Below are positions 60,403 to 64,000 of a stretch of DNA of 64,000 bases, in pieces (within the stretch, counting starts at the first letter, position 1; the number at the start of each line of letters is the position of its first letter). The notes beneath the pieces were generated by a model. It searched no databases. It was given only the letters and a program-made list of their open reading frames with translations, and was not told the origin of the DNA. Origin of the DNA: Alloascoidea hylecoeti (Eukaryota); assembly GCA_001600815.1 (NCBI GenBank), contig BCKZ01000005.1, positions 619,727 through 683,726 on the forward strand, given 5' to 3'. Both the position numbers and the translations under genes were made by a program.

Positions 60403-61787
60403 TCTTCAAAGTATATATATAAACTTGAAATGCTTTTGGAAAACCTTTGTCAACCATATTTATTGTTTAAATTTTTATTACTATTAATTAATATATTTTA
60501 ATTAGTTAACTGTGTCTGTAATTATAGAATGGAGCGAGGAAAGACAATCGTTTATATGAATTTATTTAACTATAGAATTATATAAACCGTAGCATTATTT
60601 GGAATTCACTTTAGTACATTTAAATATCTATATAATTGTTTATGAATATCATCCAGCACCATGTCGAACAACATACATGTATACCGGAATACCGTGATAT
60701 TGCAATTGTACTTCAACTGATCATTTCTGATAATATACACAATAACTAGGACGAAACATAAATAAAGCAGCTAAAATATTATTAAACAAAATTGTGATCT
60801 AACATTTATTCTACTTATAAGAAAACTTAGATAGCGTAGGAGATCAAGAATAAAATATGCAAATTATTTGTGTTCTTCATTCACAACAAGCTGTATTGAT
60901 GCCTAAAGTAAGTGGAACAGTTTTAGCGACTATACCGGTAGTACAAATATGTGGGTAGATCTGTTTGTCCTCACATTACGGAAAGATTTTGTTCAATAAT
61001 CGTATTTACTAAGGACATCGCTAAATTCAGGGGCTAATGGATTACCAATTGTTATTAATTACACAGTATTTCCGCTCTGAATTGCGCAATTGCCATGAGT
61101 GTGTGTTTGTTTGATTTTTTTGGCATAATGTGGGATTAAAAGTTCGGTGTAGCGTAACATAATATTTTGGTATTTTGTTAAGGTTTAATTTCATCATTTT
61201 ATTGAGTAACCCAAAAATAGGTGGGTTAGAAATATAATATGGAGTTGAATCGTTTAATTATTATAAATATGTAGCTTTTAAGAGTCGAAAATTTAACCTA
61301 CGTCAACCAGAAACACAATATAATGTGTTAATTACGTTAACTCTCGTGCATTCACGAGTCCTACGGCACTTTAATATTTGTCACGGAACCAAAGTTTCGG
61401 GCCAGGGATCCTTTAAATATCGAGTCACCAAAGAGAAATCTTATTATAGTGTATATCCTATTTACCAATATACTGATGAGATAATGTCAATGGATGATAC
61501 TTATGCTAACATATATAAGCACATTTAACTTATATCATATAAACTTCATTCTGTTCACGATGGATATAAATCACGTAGCTAATAGATTCAATTATTGCAT
61601 ATCCATATTAACAGGGAAAATCCATGCATACATATTTATGCGATGAGTCCATTTATGTAAACTCTATATTGTTATAATTCATATATTAGCTGCTGAATGT
61701 TTTTTCTTTTTTCATATATAAAAATTACTATTAGCAATTCTTTGAGCTTGATTTTTTTAATATCAATCTTACATTATTTCAAAAAGA

Positions 61788-63021
61788 ATGGAGAGTAAAC
61801 TAAACGATATCAAAAATATTGATGTGGAGAAAGTAGAAACTAGATCTGAAGATCAAGAAAATGCCAATGGAATAACAGTTATAACAAGCAATATGGGCCA
61901 TCAAGTTCATCTAGGAGATAAAGATGAAGCATTGAAGTATTTTGATGATACAGTCGAGTTGGATGCTGAAACTGATCGAAAATTACTACGAAAAGTAGAC
62001 CTTTATGTCTGTCCATTATTATGTTTATTATATTCCTGTCAATATATGGATAAAACAACAACATCGTATGCAGCAATTATGGGATTAAGAACTGATTTGA
62101 AAATGGTAGGTGAAGATTATTCTTGGACAGGAAGNNNNNNNNNNNNNNNNNNNNNNNNNNNNNNNNNNNNNNNNNNNNNNNNNNNNNNNNNNNNNNNNNN
62201 NNNNNNNNNNNNNNNNNNNNNNNNNNNNNNNNNNNNNNNNNNNNNNNNNNNNNNNNNNNNNNNNNNNNNNNNNNNNNNNNNNNNNNNNNNNNNNNNNNNN
62301 NNNNNNNNNNNNNNNNNNNNNNNNNNNNNNNNNNNNNNNNNNNNNNNNNNNNNNNNNNNNNNNNNNNNNNNNNNNNNNNNNNNNNNNNNNNNNNNNNNNN
62401 NNNNNNNNNNNNNNNNNNNNNNNNNNNNNNNNNNNNNNNNNNNNNNNNNNNNNNNNNNNNNNNNNNNNNNNNNNNNNNNNNNNNNNNNNNNNNNNNNNNN
62501 NNNNNNNNNNNNNNNNNNNNNNNNNNNNNNNNNNNNNNNNNNNNNNNNNNNNNNNNNNNNNNNNNNNNNNNNNNNNNNNNNNNNNNNNNNNNNNNNNNNN
62601 NNNNNNNNNNNNNNNNNNNNNNNNNNNNNNNNNNNNNNNNNNNNNNNNNNNNNNNNNNNNNNNNNNNNNNNNNNNNNNNNNNNNNNNNNNNNNNNNNNNN
62701 NNNNNNNNNNNNNNNNNNNNNNNNNNNNNNNNNNNNNNNNNNNNNNNNNNNNNNNNNNNNNNNNNNNNNNNNNNNNNNNNNNNNNNNNNNNNNNNNNNNN
62801 NNNNNNNNNNNNNNNNNNNAGCTAAAATTGCAATGATTGTTGGAAATTGTGTTGCTACAGGTTGTATAATGGCGTTGTATTTTTTGAATTGGAAAGACAA
62901 TAAGAGACGAGATAAAGAAGAAGAGAGATTAGTTAAGGAGTCTCATTTGGATGAAGTTGAGAATATTGAATTTGCAGATTTAACTGACTTTGAGAATCCA
63001 TACTTTAGATATATTCTTTGA
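61788..63021 (+). CDS. Dal5-family permease, copy 3 (middle hidden by an assembly gap)
   Basis: N-terminus to EDYSWTG and C-terminus from AKIAMIVG to FRYIL match copies 1 and 2; N-gap at 62135-62819. Confidence 0.8.
62135..62819. other. Assembly gap (685 N)
   Basis: Run of N. Confidence 0.99.
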
Positions 63022-63410
63022 ATATCCATAGTATAGGAACTCGATATTAAACTTATTTACTGACTATGGAAATAGTTCGTAACTATAGTTATAGTTAAAT
63101 GATTAATTGCGATACTGTCTAATAAAAATATCTATACGTACACTAGCGCTCTAAGGAAGTATGCACATACCAATATATGCCATGATTAAGCAATCCAACT
63201 ATATAATAGAACTACTATAGCTATAAGTTACTATGATAATACAAAATTAATGAAGAATGAAATCATGACTATTATCTATAGCTTCTAGCGTGTCAAATTA
63301 ATTTTTACAAATCTTATTTTGAAACCGGATCAAAATCTATTCTATTTTGCCAACAAAATACTAGTAAAAACAGAATCTTCAACATTATATATAGCAAATT
63401 AATTTATAAA

Positions 63411-64000
63411 CTATCTTCTACTAGGGGGAATATATCTACCAGGTGTTTTCTTTGGTGAAGTATTTGCTGGTGGAGTGTCTTGTTTGATGGGAGGCGTCTG
63501 TCTTGTAGTCTCACTTCGTGTGCCACTATTTGATAAGCTACTACCTCTTCTATCAGATGAACTTGTAGTCCTTGGAAAATCCCTGGTTGACGCGCTTGAA
63601 CGTGAACCGCCTCTGGCCCATTTAGATACACCAGAAGAGGGGCTTGGAGCAGGAGCAGGAGTATGAGAACTATTGGATAATGGAGATCGTGTTTCGGCCT
63701 GTCGTCGAGGGGGTTGATACCTCTTCTTTTTCTCTTCAGATGCCACTCTTTCAAGTTCAGCAATTCTTTCAGCTTCTTTCTTTGCTTCCTCATCACGCTG
63801 TCTCTGGATTTCAGCTAGCTTAGCAAGACTTTCCTTCTTCTTTCTAGCAACTTCTTCAGATGCTTGCTTCTTACGTTCCTCCTCTTCCTTTGCTTTAAGT
63901 TCAACTTCACGTCTAGCCTTAAATTCTTTAATGAATTCCTCTCTTCTTTTCTGTATTTCGCTATCAATTTTCTGCTGTGCCTCCCTTCTTAAAGCTGTAA
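63411..64000 (-). CDS. RPG1: 3' end of probable eIF3 subunit a (continues beyond the window)
   Basis: Open frame from the window end: E/R/K-rich coiled coil (LAKLAEIQRQRDEEA) then a low-complexity tail ending PGRYIPPSRR*, typical of fungal eIF3a C-termini. Confidence 0.65.
   Translation of the reverse strand, partial: TALRREAQQKIDSEIQKRREEFIKEFKARREVELKAKEEEERKKQASEEVARKKKESLAKLAEIQRQRDEEAKKEAERIAELERVASEEKKKRYQPPRRQAETRSPLSNSSHTPAPAPSPSSGVSKWARGGSRSSASTRDFPRTTSSSDRRGSSLSNSGTRSETTRQTPPIKQDTPPANTSPKKTPGRYIPPSRR

Noticed and set aside
62085..62900. Long X-containing ORFs
   Set aside because: Artefacts of the N gap.
1..64000. CRISPR arrays, rRNA genes, intact transposons or paired LTRs
   Set aside because: None seen; only degraded TE fragments are supported.

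Overview
AT-rich fungal nuclear DNA from an intron-containing budding yeast (Saccharomycotina-like gene set; CTG at conserved Leu sites suggests the standard code). Recognisable protein genes: VTI1, YAH1, DSD1, MUB1/samB, NRG1-like, ECM2/SLT11, VMA3, SNU13, a YOR1-like ABCC transporter, IES1, BRO1, VPS16, a PKA catalytic subunit and the 3' end of probable eIF3a. Several needed intron reconstruction beyond the ORF track. Accessory genes: three divergent intronless F-box genes, a small GPI-type protein and a tandem triplet of DAL5-family permeases with mosaic identity. Two non-coding RNA genes missed by the ORF track are readable directly: an intron-split U3 snoRNA, and a double-guide snR47/SNORD36 box C/D snoRNA inside the intron of an apparently non-coding host transcript. 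Both have a similar Tbf1-like + CACGTG + TATA promoter. Intergenic DNA holds very decayed Ty1/copia relics, an 80-nt segment between two ~45-nt poly(A) tracts, and a ~480-bp foldback (inverted repeat with a perfect 46-bp core) in a 4.6-kb gene-free region. All calls are by eye; no database searches were run.
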